64,000 nucleotides of DNA from an uncultured Phycisphaerales bacterium (GTDB lineage: Bacteria; Planctomycetota; Phycisphaerae; Tepidisphaerales; Tepidisphaeraceae). The position numbers were made by a program, and so were the translations under genes. The stretch lies in the NCBI GenBank assembly GCA_963755915.1, contig CAVWLP010000002.1, positions 448,001 through 512,000 on the forward strand, given 5' to 3'. The notes below the pieces were generated by a model, which was not told the origin of the DNA, made no database searches, and saw only the letters and a list, made by a program, of their open reading frames with translations. Below, piece by piece: positions 49,578-60,762 of this stretch; position 1 is the stretch's first letter, and each line of letters starts with the position of its first letter.

Positions 49578-51164
49578 TTGATTATGAGCAGTGTGGCCTC
49601 CTACGCAGATGACGTGGAAACCGCCCGGACCGCCCTTCCGGGGTGGATGACACGTTCCATCGACCGGTCGGGTTGGACCTGGACGCTGTTTCTCCTGCCC
49701 ACCATGGGAGCGGGCGTTTCATGGTTGGCGGGCGGAATCCAAATTCTCACCGATTTGAGCTTTGTTTTGTTTTCCGCCCTTTGCCTCGGTCTCCTGCTTA
49801 ACGAGTTGTTCAAGATCAATGTCCGCTGGGGCATCGGGGCATTCGCCCTGTACGGAGGAAGCCTCACCTGGTTCTGTTACGACTACATGGCACACTGGTT
49901 CATGGCGTCAGAATCGGTAGTGACTCTTTACGACTTCACCTATGCGACATTGGCCAAGGCGGCTTTTTACACGATGCTCTACGTGATGTTCATGACGGTG
50001 GGGCTGAACATCCGCAAGCCGGTCTGGCCCGAAAAATTGCTCTTCAAAATTCCCGAAACGCGGTCTTCGATGGTGCACATGTCGATCATTCTTTTGGTAT
50101 TCGCATTCGGCGTGAGTCCGTTTTTTATCTTTACGCGCGAGCCGTTCTACCGGGCGATCTACGAGCAGTTTCTGGCGGGACGAGGCGGCCAAGGTCCCCA
50201 GTGGACGGTGGGCCGAACCGGGAATTTGAACTACAATTGGGGCGGCTACGTGGCGCAGATTCTTCAGGTCGGCCAGGCCGGGGGCGTGCTCGCGATTCTA
50301 TTCGCGATCCTGTTCGCTAAAAACATCCTGCAAAAAATCATCTGTTGGGCAATCTGGATGCTGTGGCTGCTGCTGGCAATCGGAAGCGGAACCCGCAGCG
50401 ACGTCATGGCGGGCATGCTTCCGCCCCTTGCCGCCTTCTTTTTCAAATATCAGTCGATTGCCGTGATACACTTGCGGCGCGTCAGCTACCGCGCGTATCT
50501 CGGCAGCGCCTTAATTTTGTTGGTTTTTCTTGCGATTGTGCAATACCAGATCACGTATCGTGACGTCGGTTTCGCGGGAGCCTCAGTCACTGGTACTTCC
50601 TTGAATATTACTGGAAATTCCATGTTTTCCGAAAGCCTCCTGGCGTTCCAGTTGATTCCGGATCATGTGGATTTTTTTGCGAACAGGCTTTATTTGGAGG
50701 GTATTTTTCGGCCGATGATCGACCAGGCCTGGGGGTTCGTGATCTCGCCGATACCGCGGGCCCTGTGGACCAGTAAACCTGTCGATCAGGCCTGGGCATG
50801 GTACAACCGGGTGGTCACGGGCGAAGCCCTGGGAACCGAGGGAACGACAGTCGCCACCGGCGGACAAGGAGCGTGGTATATTCGCTACGGTCCGGCCGGT
50901 GTCATCGAGGGCGGCATTCTCGTCGGGTGGCTAATGGCCCTTGGCGAGCGGCTCCTCCGTCAGTCCACCGGCCGGTTAAACCTGCTGCTATTCGCTTTGG
51001 GGTGGGAGAACTGGCTGTTTGGCGCCTTCCGCGCGTTTGGATTTCCGACTCTCGACGCCCTGATGATCGCCATTGTCGTTCTGTCGTTCCTGACGGCTAC
51101 GCTCAACATCTTTGCCGAGCAGAGGGTTCCATCGGAAGCGGCACAGGCCCTCGCCACGGGATAG
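49578..51164 (+). CDS. Polytopic membrane protein, probable O-antigen/polysaccharide polymerase (Wzy)
   Basis: About 12 TM helices, SGTRS motif, IPRALWTSKP loop and YIRYGPAGV. Confidence 0.75.
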   Translation: MIMSSVASYADDVETARTALPGWMTRSIDRSGWTWTLFLLPTMGAGVSWLAGGIQILTDLSFVLFSALCLGLLLNELFKINVRWGIGAFALYGGSLTWFCYDYMAHWFMASESVVTLYDFTYATLAKAAFYTMLYVMFMTVGLNIRKPVWPEKLLFKIPETRSSMVHMSIILLVFAFGVSPFFIFTREPFYRAIYEQFLAGRGGQGPQWTVGRTGNLNYNWGGYVAQILQVGQAGGVLAILFAILFAKNILQKIICWAIWMLWLLLAIGSGTRSDVMAGMLPPLAAFFFKYQSIAVIHLRRVSYRAYLGSALILLVFLAIVQYQITYRDVGFAGASVTGTSLNITGNSMFSESLLAFQLIPDHVDFFANRLYLEGIFRPMIDQAWGFVISPIPRALWTSKPVDQAWAWYNRVVTGEALGTEGTTVATGGQGAWYIRYGPAGVIEGGILVGWLMALGERLLRQSTGRLNLLLFALGWENWLFGAFRAFGFPTLDALMIAIVVLSFLTATLNIFAEQRVPSEAAQALATG

Positions 51165-51170
51165 AGCGGC

Positions 51171-52334
51171 TTAAGCGTGGCCGCGGGGCGCCGGCGACAA
51201 TTCCAGCATCTCACTGAGCAGTCGGACCCATTTCTCCAACGTGACCTCCCTGCCAAAGCGCTGCTGAAAGATCTCCAGAATTCGTGATGTAGTAATCTGC
51301 CGGTCTTTGAATCGCTGCACCGCATCGATGATCGCTGCGGCTGCGGCGGCGGGATCATCCAGCGGCATCAAACCGCCAAGCTCCGGCGTGTCGAGAATGT
51401 CCGGCAGCCCACCCACACCGGTCGCCACCAGCGGACGACCGCGGCTCAGTATCTCCAGGACCGCCACCGGCTGCCCCTCGGTCGTGGCCGTGTTCAGGAA
51501 CATGTGACACGAATCGATCGCGTCCCACTTCTTCTCATCCTTCACCATGCCGTGCAGCTTTACGTGCCCGTTTAGGAACGGCGAGCCCGCGATGATCTGC
51601 TCGATATCCCCTCGTTGAAGCCCGTCGCCAAACATGTGCAGCTCGAACGGCCACGCGGCCTTTTGCCCCAGCGCTTCGATGATCTTCATCATGTAAGGAA
51701 GGTTCTTCTGATGGACCAGCCGGCCGAGAAATCCGAAGCGGATCGTCGCATCGGCCGGGTTCGGGTCCACAGCGGGTTTGGAAGTGGTCGTCGAGAACAG
51801 GCTGATGTACTCCGCCCGTCCCTTGTATCCCAGGTCGCGGATTTCCTTCACAAAGCTAGGAGAAGTCAGGACGATGGTGTCGAAACATTCCAGAAGCCGC
51901 TGCGGAACACCTCCCGCCCACATTTCCGCCGGGCGATAGGGAACGACCAGGATCGAGGGAATCGGACGGCCGTCGGGCTTGCGGATCGATCGCAGGCGGT
52001 AATGCACTTCGTGAGGCATTACCTTCGGAAACAGCAGCAGGTCGCACTCCTGGGCCATCGACCACGCGGACCGCAGCAGGATCTTGTCGGGCCAGGCCCA
52101 CCGGCATCCCCACCGAAACGAAGTTCGCGCAAATCGCTGCGAGCGCTTGATGGAGTCGTCCAGCAACTGAGCCTTGTTCAACGGCCCGCTCCAGGCGGCA
52201 ATCCAGCGCTCGCCCAGCTCGTCGGGAACCGACAGAACCAGGCTCGCCACGAATGTTTCCACGCCGCCGATGTAATGAAATCCCCCGCAGTAATAGAGGA
52301 TATTTTTTCGCCCGTTCGTTTTAGACATGGTCAT
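51171..52334 (-). CDS. Glycosyltransferase family 4
   Basis: IGGVE, FLGRLVHQKN and TEGQPVAVLEILS..RPLVATGVGG. Confidence 0.9.
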   Translation of the reverse strand: MTMSKTNGRKNILYYCGGFHYIGGVETFVASLVLSVPDELGERWIAAWSGPLNKAQLLDDSIKRSQRFARTSFRWGCRWAWPDKILLRSAWSMAQECDLLLFPKVMPHEVHYRLRSIRKPDGRPIPSILVVPYRPAEMWAGGVPQRLLECFDTIVLTSPSFVKEIRDLGYKGRAEYISLFSTTTSKPAVDPNPADATIRFGFLGRLVHQKNLPYMMKIIEALGQKAAWPFELHMFGDGLQRGDIEQIIAGSPFLNGHVKLHGMVKDEKKWDAIDSCHMFLNTATTEGQPVAVLEILSRGRPLVATGVGGLPDILDTPELGGLMPLDDPAAAAAAIIDAVQRFKDRQITTSRILEIFQQRFGREVTLEKWVRLLSEMLELSPAPRGHA

Positions 52335-52411
52335 CTCTAAAAATCATTACCTCTTTTTTTCAGTTATTCTCACCCCAAACAATCCAATCCAAAACCTCCC
52401 AGGCCATCCGG

Positions 52412-53269
52412 TTAACCCGGCAATTTTACCGCCCGGAAGTGCTTGCGGTACTTCAAGGTCCCGCGATGATCGCGCGCCGCCAGCAGCCGAGCTTTGAGTC
52501 GTCTCAACCGATCCGCCACAGGCTGCGGCAGACGCTGCCCAAACCACTGTCCGAATCTTTTTCCGCCTGCGCTTTCGCCGCTCTGCCACTTTGCAACATA
52601 GTCGCTCTGCTGCGGTGTCTTTTCAAAGATTACTTTTACGCCCGTGCGTCGAGCCTGGACCAGCAAAAATACCGGAGATGAGCCGCGCGTCAGCTCCACG
52701 CGCTCCTGCACCGTCTCAGGGTCAACCACCTCGTACCAGTCTTTGCCGGTCGCATGCGCATAAAAGTGCTCGATTTTGAAACCATTCGCCTCGTTCAAAC
52801 AGCGGAAAAGCAGCTCCGGGCTTGCCTGATAAAATCCGTGCCCACACCAGTTGTTCATCGCCTGGTAGATCATCAGTCGCCCGCCGACCTTCACCATTTC
52901 CATCTGGTTCTTTAAGGCTTGGGGATAGTTGAAGACGTGCTCCGTCGTACCCCCGTCAAATACCACGTCGAATTGCGCCTTGAGTGTTTCCGGGATTGGC
53001 TGATTCAGGTCGTGGACAATCTGCGCCCCTTCGTAAGTCGAGACATCCATCGATTGCAGATCCTTCACCCCCAGGGCCTCGAAGAATGAATCGGCATACA
53101 GTACCGGCGCCCACTCGGGAACCGGCGCGTTGAGGCTCGAAAATATCTCGCGCCTTTCCGTCCCTGAAAACATCAGCCATTGACGTCCCAGCGTCAGCGT
53201 TTTATCGAAGCAAACCCCTTCCTTCCGGGCGGCGCGAAGGAATTTTGCCGCTCGCACGTCAACGCCCAT
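52412..53269 (-). CDS. Class I SAM-dependent methyltransferase-like protein of glycan loci
   Basis: LTLGRQ, DVSTYEGA..VHDLN, FDVVFDGGTTEHVFN and GHGFYQ. Confidence 0.78.
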   Translation of the reverse strand: MGVDVRAAKFLRAARKEGVCFDKTLTLGRQWLMFSGTERREIFSSLNAPVPEWAPVLYADSFFEALGVKDLQSMDVSTYEGAQIVHDLNQPIPETLKAQFDVVFDGGTTEHVFNYPQALKNQMEMVKVGGRLMIYQAMNNWCGHGFYQASPELLFRCLNEANGFKIEHFYAHATGKDWYEVVDPETVQERVELTRGSSPVFLLVQARRTGVKVIFEKTPQQSDYVAKWQSGESAGGKRFGQWFGQRLPQPVADRLRRLKARLLAARDHRGTLKYRKHFRAVKLPG

Positions 53270-53555
53270 TGTCCCAAACCCTCCAAAATATCCCAAAGCG
53301 ACCCATTAGCTCATGTAACCGGCATTCCCAGTTGGACTTTTGCCAGCCGATGACACCGGCATTTTCGGGTACTGTAACGTCTGGCTTGGAATCTGGCGAG
53401 CGCTTCCCGAACCTTCGGCGTCGCATAAGCGCGCGGATATTTCCAGCGTTACGGGAGGCGTAAACATGACACAAAAACCTGCCCGCGACCCGGCATTCGC
53501 CTCGCTTGAGTCTGTGGGTTCTTTCAACTAAATTTGCCCATCAGAGAGGGCTTCC

Positions 53556-54746
53556 GTGCATCGCCGATTGCAATACGCGATTTTAGCTTTGCTACTCATC
53601 AATGCCGCTGGCGGCATTTCGGTTGGTGCGTTTCGGTTGGCGAGATCTCCGTGGCCATCCGCTTGCGACCTGTATTTGCGCTGGACCGAAGAACGAAACT
53701 TCGCCAGTAGACGTAATCCTGCATCCGATAGTCCTGATGCGGCAATGCCCTACTATTCTCCGGACTCGAAGATCAATGGAATACTAACGGCGGCCGACTA
53801 TCCACCCTGGTCGTATCCCAGCGAGTTGGTATTTGTCCCGCCTCTTCCATTTAGGATCGTCCGATTGTATTTCGTGGGGGAATGCCTCCTGAGCCTCGGG
53901 ATCATGGCTTATTGGGCGGGCAAAACCGCCGCCCCCTATCGACAACCGTGGCCCGCCATCGCCGCCTGTCTTGCCCTGTCGATGGCTTCCATTTCCTACT
54001 GCCTGTCCAACGGGCAGTACGCCATCATCATTACCGCTCTTCTCGTCTGCAGCCTGCTGATGATCGAGCGCGGCCAATACGTCGCCGCCGGCATCTTCAT
54101 GGGATTCGCACTACTCAAACCCAGCCTTTCGATGCCGTTTCTCGCTGTATTTCTAGCCCTGCGGCTTTGGCTGCCTCTGATTGTCGCATTGGGATTCAAT
54201 GTTGTCTCATGCCTTGTCGAATGGGCCATCACCGGATGCAGCCCACTGATGATTCTGCATCAATCCTCCGTCAATCTGCGATACTGGGAGAACACCGGTC
54301 ACAATTTTGTCACATCGATGATCGTATTGACCGCCAACGGCAACCAGTTAGCGGAAACGGCCGTGATGGCGGCGGTTGGATTGATCGGGTTGGGAGCGAT
54401 TTATTTCGCATATCGGCGCGGATGCGGCGTTGTCACGATGTTCGCCATCGCCGCGGTAACCGGCTTGAGCTGGACCTATCGCAAGGAATATGACGTCGTC
54501 GCGATTGTCTTCCTGCTCGTCGGACTTCTGGCCGTTGCCCTCAAAACGCGAAACCGATGGGCAGTGGCATCGCTTATATTCTGCTGCCTCTTTGTGATTC
54601 CTCCCTTTCGTATGAAAGACCATAATCACCTGGCTATGCAATTCCTCGAACTTTTGAGCTGGCTTGTGGGAATCTGGGTATTGCTCCAACTGGATCGCTC
54701 CGGCAACAGAGCTGAGAATCCTGAAACAATACTGGTGGCGGCGTAG
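53556..54746 (+). CDS. GT87/DUF2029-like membrane glycosyltransferase
   Basis: CDLYLRW, DYPPWSY, NGQYAII, LLKPSL and YRKEYD; multi-TM. Confidence 0.78.
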   Translation: MHRRLQYAILALLLINAAGGISVGAFRLARSPWPSACDLYLRWTEERNFASRRNPASDSPDAAMPYYSPDSKINGILTAADYPPWSYPSELVFVPPLPFRIVRLYFVGECLLSLGIMAYWAGKTAAPYRQPWPAIAACLALSMASISYCLSNGQYAIIITALLVCSLLMIERGQYVAAGIFMGFALLKPSLSMPFLAVFLALRLWLPLIVALGFNVVSCLVEWAITGCSPLMILHQSSVNLRYWENTGHNFVTSMIVLTANGNQLAETAVMAAVGLIGLGAIYFAYRRGCGVVTMFAIAAVTGLSWTYRKEYDVVAIVFLLVGLLAVALKTRNRWAVASLIFCCLFVIPPFRMKDHNHLAMQFLELLSWLVGIWVLLQLDRSGNRAENPETILVAA

Positions 54747-54940
54747 GCGCACGTCGAAGCAAATGGTAATCCCTGCCAATCCTGCGTAAATTCGCGTTGA
54801 ATAAACATAAGTTCGAAACCGCATTTCTCCCGATGACGCACACCCAGGCGGCTGGGCAAACTGAAAAACAACCGGCGCGACAGGAGCACAATCCCCAAAC
54901 CGCCCTCCCCGCGGCGCTCAGGCGCAAATCAGCCGCAACA

Positions 54941-56194
54941 CTAGCGAGTATTCATGAGCTGCCGGAAATGATCCGCTAATTGCGTCTGATATCGCTCGAT
55001 GTTGAATTCCAGCACGCGCCGCCGTGCGGCATTTCCCATCTCCAGCAGCAGATCGCGGTCGTCATCCAAGCGCCCAATCGCCTCGCGAAATCCATCGACA
55101 TCATCGTATGCCCGCACGAACCCCTCAGCGCCATCGCGCACCGGCGACCCGCTGTTGGGTGTCGTCACAATCGGCAGCCCCCGGCTCATCGCCTCGAGCA
55201 CCGCGGTGGCAGAGCCTTCACACGTTGACGGAAAAAAGAAGACGTCGAACCGATCCAGCCACTGAAAAATCTGGCTATGGGGCAGCGGTCCTACAAACTG
55301 CACGCGATCCGAAAATTCCTCGAGCCGCGCAGGGTTGAGAAGATTAATTCCCACCATCGCGAAGCGCACTCGCTCCGGCTTGAATCGCCGCGCCGTCTCC
55401 AGGAACCACGGCGCTCCCTTGCGAATCCCACCGCCCCCACAAACCCGACTAAAAGGGGACGTACCTCTTTTCCAACCTTTTTCCGCTCCAAACCGGACGC
55501 CACCCCCCGCGGCCACGGATATGGAATCACCGCAATCCTCTCGGCCGGGATGCCCACGGAGATCAATCCCTCGCGAACGTACTCCGACGCGCAGGTGATC
55601 CGATCCAGATGCTGCCAAGTGGCGCGTTCAAAATCCAGATACCCCTGATGCATCTGCACAGACTCACGGTCGCGAAAGCCCGGCCAGCGCTCGATCTGGC
55701 GTTTCATTTCCGCCAGCTCAACTTCCAGCGGCGCGATCATCTGATCGCCGCACGTCCGAAGCCCCGCCGATCTGGCTCTTTGAAATATCTCCGGCGCGGC
55801 ATTGCGCACAAATCCGTAAACCGCATTTGCCTGCCCAAAACCCTCTTTCAACACCCACTTGGCCGTTTCGTGCGAATGCCAGATATACGCGTCCTCGCCC
55901 GTTGGTAACCGGCGCATCTGGAGCTTGAGGCGAAGCGCGCAACGGACTGCGAATTACCCGAGAAGGATCCAGCTCCGCGCATGACCGCTCTGCCATGCGT
56001 TTGCCCAGTTTCGGGTTGAATTTACTCCCGATCCCCGCAATTTTTTCCTCCAGCGACCCCCGCCGCACAAACCAGTCGATGAAAACGCGCTCCAGCATCC
56101 CCACGTTTTGCAATGCCAACGGCACCATATAGCGCAACCGCGCGCCGTCCTGGATCATCGCGACGCGAGGTTGGGAAAAATCGGACGCTGACAT
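54941..56194 (-). CDS. Glycosyltransferase family 4 (frameshifts near 55935 and 55430)
   Basis: Fragments QDGARLRYMVP / DRITCASEYVREGL...VIPY / RKGAPWFLE...FPSTCEGSATAVLEAMSRGLPIVTT. Confidence 0.85.
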
Positions 56195-56205
56195 CCCGAA
56201 TCCAA

Positions 56206-57324
56206 TCAACTTGCGGCCCTTAGCGCCGCCACCAGCTTCTCGACGGCAGCCGACCAGTGAAACTGCTCGGCACGCTTTTTACCTCGCTCGATTAACCCTT
56301 CCCGAAGCGCCGCATCGTTTCGCAGCCGCGCGATCGCGTCGGCCACACTATCGGCATTCGGCGCGTCGACGATCAATCCGGCGTCTCCAACAACCTCCGG
56401 CAGCGACGCAAACCGGGAAACCACCACGGGGGTTCCGGCCGCCATTGCTTCCAGCGCAGGAATTCCCGACCCCTCGTACCGGGAAAGCATCAGAACGGCC
56501 GTCGCGAAACGCATCAGGCTCACCTGACGAGCTATGGGCACATAACCCAGGCGCACCACGTTGCTCATCGGCGCGGTCACCTCTTCAAAATATTTTTCCA
56601 TCGATCCGGTAACAAGGATCCGCATATCGGGCTGAAGGACGGCCACGCGCCTCGCCAGTTCCACGAGATACTCCGCCCCTTTCTTGCGGAGCAGGCCCGA
56701 AGCCGTCAGCACGTAGGGATACGATGGAACATCCGCGCCGGGCGGCGTTTTGGTTCCCGCCGTGAAATAGCTTTCCTCGATCCCGTTGCCGACAACCGCG
56801 ATCATCCGGGGATCAAAATCGAGCAAACTCACTAAACGCTGCTTCGTGAACTCAGAAACCGCCAGGATCAGTTTCGCGTGCCGGCGAATCTGCGCGAACA
56901 GTTTGCTCCAGCGGCGTCGCTCGGCCTGGTGCTCTGCTGTCCCCGACCAGGGCAGGTCCGGCTCAAGCGCATACAGATCATGCACGGTAACGGCCAGCGC
57001 GGCCTTTCGCGTGGCGACGAACGTCTCGGCGGGGCAATAAACCCAATCCGCCTTGGGGCACCAGCGCTCGATGGCGGGCCAGTTGAAGAAACGCCAGGAA
57101 GCCTCAAGCCAGCGCGACGCCAGCGGCAGCGGCGCCGCCGGCAATCCCGCCAAGGGACTGTCTGCCGGAATCCGTCCGCTGGAATCCAACTGCCCGCGCG
57201 GAGCCGCCACCTCGACGGAAATCCCCGGCGTCGAGCCCAGCCCGCGCACCATTTGGATGATGTGCTGTCCCACGCCCGTTGGGGTGCGGGTGCGATGAAG
57301 ATGAACGTAGGCCGAAACCTTCAT
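56206..57324 (-). CDS. Glycosyltransferase family 4
   Basis: TGVGQH, VTVHDL, AVSEFTK and SRYEGSGIPALEAMAAGTPVV. Confidence 0.92.
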   Translation of the reverse strand: MKVSAYVHLHRTRTPTGVGQHIIQMVRGLGSTPGISVEVAAPRGQLDSSGRIPADSPLAGLPAAPLPLASRWLEASWRFFNWPAIERWCPKADWVYCPAETFVATRKAALAVTVHDLYALEPDLPWSGTAEHQAERRRWSKLFAQIRRHAKLILAVSEFTKQRLVSLLDFDPRMIAVVGNGIEESYFTAGTKTPPGADVPSYPYVLTASGLLRKKGAEYLVELARRVAVLQPDMRILVTGSMEKYFEEVTAPMSNVVRLGYVPIARQVSLMRFATAVLMLSRYEGSGIPALEAMAAGTPVVVSRFASLPEVVGDAGLIVDAPNADSVADAIARLRNDAALREGLIERGKKRAEQFHWSAAVEKLVAALRAAS

Positions 57325-57336
57325 TCGTCTAAATCT

Positions 57337-58317
57337 TCACTCCTGCGGTGCAGGCGCACGAAAATATCGCGCCAGCGTAATCGTCGGCTGTCCAAGCAGG
57401 AAACGCCACCTCCCCATTCGCAAATGCCATGCGAACGTCAGGCGATAAATCCTGCGGGCCTTGCGAAATTTCCCCAGGCGCAAACACGCCATGCTCAAAG
57501 GCCGCGCCGCCGCGCAAATAAACTCCCGCCGACGTCGCGCGCGGGCCGCTCCACCCGGATACTGCCCGTTGCGCTCACGCTCGATAAGTGTCTCAAGCCC
57601 ATCCATAAACCAGTTCAACTGTTTGTCGCTCGTAAGGTTCGAATCGTGCAACCCGCGCACCGCCATGTACGGCTTATCCAATCGGATATATCCGTGCGCC
57701 TCTCCCAGTCGCAGCATCAAATCATGGTCCTCAAGACCAAGGTGAAAAGGGAAAAACCCTCCCACCGACCGCAATACATCGGTCCGTATAGTCCACCCGC
57801 TTGGATAAATGGGCCAGCTCTCGACCGGCGAGGCCAGGAAATCCGCGAACTCCTGCATCGCCAGCTCTTCCCGGGGTATGGTCTCAAGCTTCAGCGTCTT
57901 CAAATCTCGTGCGACCACCGAGCCCGCGCAAAAGGAAGGCTCGCCGAACCGCTCGATCGCGCGGCGATGAGACTCCAGCGTCCACGTAAACCACAAATCG
58001 TCATGATCCAGCAGCGCGACGTATCTGCCTTTCGCCGCTTCGATTCCCGTGTTCCGCGCCGCCGTCGTCCCTCCGTTTTTGCGATGAATCAGGCTTAGCC
58101 GCGCGTCGCCCCTGTCATTCGAATATCGTTGCAGAACGTCCCACGTGCCGTCCGTCGACCCATCATCCACGACGATCAGCTCAAAGTCGCGTTCGCTTTG
58201 CGAGAGAACGGAATCGAGCGTTGGGTAGATCAATTCGCCGCGGTTATAGGTGGGAATTATGACCGAAAACAACGGCATTTTTTCCGCCAGCAATTCAATC
58301 GATTGCGCCTCAGCCAT
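57337..58317 (-). CDS. Glycosyltransferase family 2
   Basis: SVIIPTYNR, VVDDGSTDGT, ARNTG, LDHDD (DxD) and EDHDL. Confidence 0.93.
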   Translation of the reverse strand: MAEAQSIELLAEKMPLFSVIIPTYNRGELIYPTLDSVLSQSERDFELIVVDDGSTDGTWDVLQRYSNDRGDARLSLIHRKNGGTTAARNTGIEAAKGRYVALLDHDDLWFTWTLESHRRAIERFGEPSFCAGSVVARDLKTLKLETIPREELAMQEFADFLASPVESWPIYPSGWTIRTDVLRSVGGFFPFHLGLEDHDLMLRLGEAHGYIRLDKPYMAVRGLHDSNLTSDKQLNWFMDGLETLIERERNGQYPGGAARARRRREFICAAARPLSMACLRLGKFRKARRIYRLTFAWHLRMGRWRFLLGQPTITLARYFRAPAPQE

Positions 58318-58381
58318 GCAGCGACATCCACTCGCCAATGCCTCATTGCGTACTCACCACTGCTCGCTAGTATACAGGCCT

Positions 58382-59197
58382 ATGGGTCTGGCTCATATCG
58401 CGCGGACAGTCCGCAATCTCGTGGACAAAACGTGGCAGCGGCGAAGCGCCTACGCTACGCCTGTCGACGTTTACAAGGGCTTCACGCTGCGAACCGCGCT
58501 GGGCCGCACCGGCCGCAAAATCTTCCCACCCCGCGAGGTCAAATTAAATGTTCCCGGGGCCGCCGAACCACTGTGGGTGCGCAGAACCACCTCCGATTTT
58601 CAGGTTTTCGCGGAATTGTTCGAGCAGTACGAATACGACATTGTCGGAAAGCTCCAGCTCCCCGAGGCTCCGATCATTTTCGATTTCGGCGGAAACATCG
58701 GACTAGGCACCCGAAGGATGTCGATGCTCCTGCCCAAAGCTCGCTTCCTGGTCGTGGAGCCCGATGCCGAGAACCGTCGAATGTATCGCAAGAACAACGA
58801 ATCACTCCTGGCTGCAAATCGCGTTACGCTTATCGAAGGTTTTGTTTCTGCCAGGGACGGTGTCGCCGCCATCGACCGCTCGAGCGGTAACGCATCCGGA
58901 TTTCACAAACGCGAGGCCGGAGCTCAGGACAAGGAGCTGATCCAGTGCTACAGCCCCGAAACGCTCATGAACAAGGCCGGCGTCCAAAACATCGATCTGG
59001 TAAAGGTCGACATCGAGGGCGCGGAAGCGGAACTTTTTGCCAATTGCGGCGGTTGGGTCCACGCCGCTCGTCACATCATGATTGAATGCCACGAGCCCTA
59101 CACATACCAGAAGTTCTTTGACGATTTGAACCGCGCGGGGTGGAAATTCGACATCGTCGAACAGAATCACGCGATGACCTGCGTGCGCCGGGCCTAA
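58382..59197 (+). CDS. FkbM family methyltransferase
   Basis: TSDFQVF.E.F...EY, FDFGGNIG, VEPD and IDLVKVDIEGAE. Confidence 0.92.
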   Translation: MGLAHIARTVRNLVDKTWQRRSAYATPVDVYKGFTLRTALGRTGRKIFPPREVKLNVPGAAEPLWVRRTTSDFQVFAELFEQYEYDIVGKLQLPEAPIIFDFGGNIGLGTRRMSMLLPKARFLVVEPDAENRRMYRKNNESLLAANRVTLIEGFVSARDGVAAIDRSSGNASGFHKREAGAQDKELIQCYSPETLMNKAGVQNIDLVKVDIEGAEAELFANCGGWVHAARHIMIECHEPYTYQKFFDDLNRAGWKFDIVEQNHAMTCVRRA

Positions 59198-60749
59198 AAA
59201 CCGGGCGAGGAATCGGTTGGCAGGCCAGCACCCACGGGGGCTGTTTGCGGCTCTGGAGGCTTTGCCGGCCCACGCCGCCGAACCAGGGTCCTGAATTCCA
59301 GCACCGCAGGGGCATCCACCAGCAAAGTCAATCCGAGGTAACCCACGACTCCCCCCCGCTGACGCAAATCAAACGCACAATCGCCGCAGCGCCATGCATC
59401 CAATCACCAAGAAGCATCATTCCGGCACAGCACACGGCTCCCACACCAAACAGGCTTAGAATATGCCGAATCAGTTTGAAAGCGCTGATTCCCGCCGCAC
59501 GCCGGCCCCAGTTCCAGAGCCCAAACGCGTAGATCCCCTGGCAAATGACGTACACAACGTTAATTGCCATCAGACTGCGATGCAGTAGCAACACCGCTCC
59601 TCCAGCGGTCCCCAGCATCGCGAGATTCACCAGCCCAAATCTCAACCAAACCAATGGCTTGCCCAGCGCGTGGGTCACGACCACACCCATCGTCCCCAGC
59701 CCATTCGTAAGCAACACAATCGAGTAGACCCTTAGCAACGGCGGCACCGCGCCCCATTGCGGACCAAGCACCACCCTGATCAGATCGGGCGCCGTTGCCG
59801 TCATCCATGCCCAACTGAACGCGCAAAGCAGCATCACCCCTATGCATCCGCGCACGAAAATGCTCCGCAGGCGCTCAGCGTCTTCCCGCACGCTCCGCAG
59901 TAGCGGATTCAGCAGACGATCAAACGCGCTCAGCAGATTAAAGCCCACCATGTCGGAAATTTGGGTTGCCCGTCCGAAGTTGCCGGCGCCAATGACGCCT
60001 CCGACGGTCATCACAAAAACGTTCACCACCTGTTGCTGAAGCATGTTTACATACTGCGCCGCCGTCACTTTCCACCCGTAATTCAGCATCTTTTTCGCCA
60101 TCCCGCCGTTGAATGCACGCGGCCAGTGAAATGGATGCCGATGAAAAATCACCAGGTTCCCCAATATCTGCGCTACCAGCGGCTGAAGCGCAAGCGCGAA
60201 TACACCGACTTCGCGGTGCCGGTGCGCGATCAATGCCATCGACAGGCCCGTCACCGTCAGCGCCGCGGCGAACGTAATGTTCTGGAAGGATTCCGCCTTG
60301 AATTTGAGATCGCGGTTCAGGCAGGCCATTTGAAAAGTGTAAATCGATGAAAGCAAATTCGACGCGCCTCCCAGGACGCCAACCCAGAACAAACGCGGAT
60401 CGTGCCGCGCCGTTGCGCAGACAAATCCGCTCCCGAGCCAGATCATCGTATAAACGATCCCCAGCACCACGGAAACAATCAGCCCGCTGTCCTCGGTCGT
60501 CTCCTTCGGCAGGTCCCGGTATTGCACCAGGGCCCGGGCGATGCCGCAGTCTCCCAGTACCGAGATGAATCCCGGCGCCAGCGCTACCAGGGTGATCAGC
60601 CCGTAGTCCTCGACTTTGAGCAGCCGCGCCATCGCAAACGCCGTCAGCACGCGCAGCACCTGCGTCATCACGGACGTGAACAGAAAAATGATCTTGTCGG
60701 AAACGATCAACACAAAATTTGAGCCGTTTAGTCGATCAGACAGGTTCAC
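59194..60749 (-). CDS. Oligosaccharide flippase (Wzx-type); frameshift in the C-run near 59355
   Basis: MARLLKVEDYGL, DCGIARALVQ, RDLKFK and VLGPQW..VPPLL; C-terminus continues VVGYLGLTLL in the frame ending at 59194. Confidence 0.85.
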
Positions 60750-60762
60750 AATCGGCAATTTC

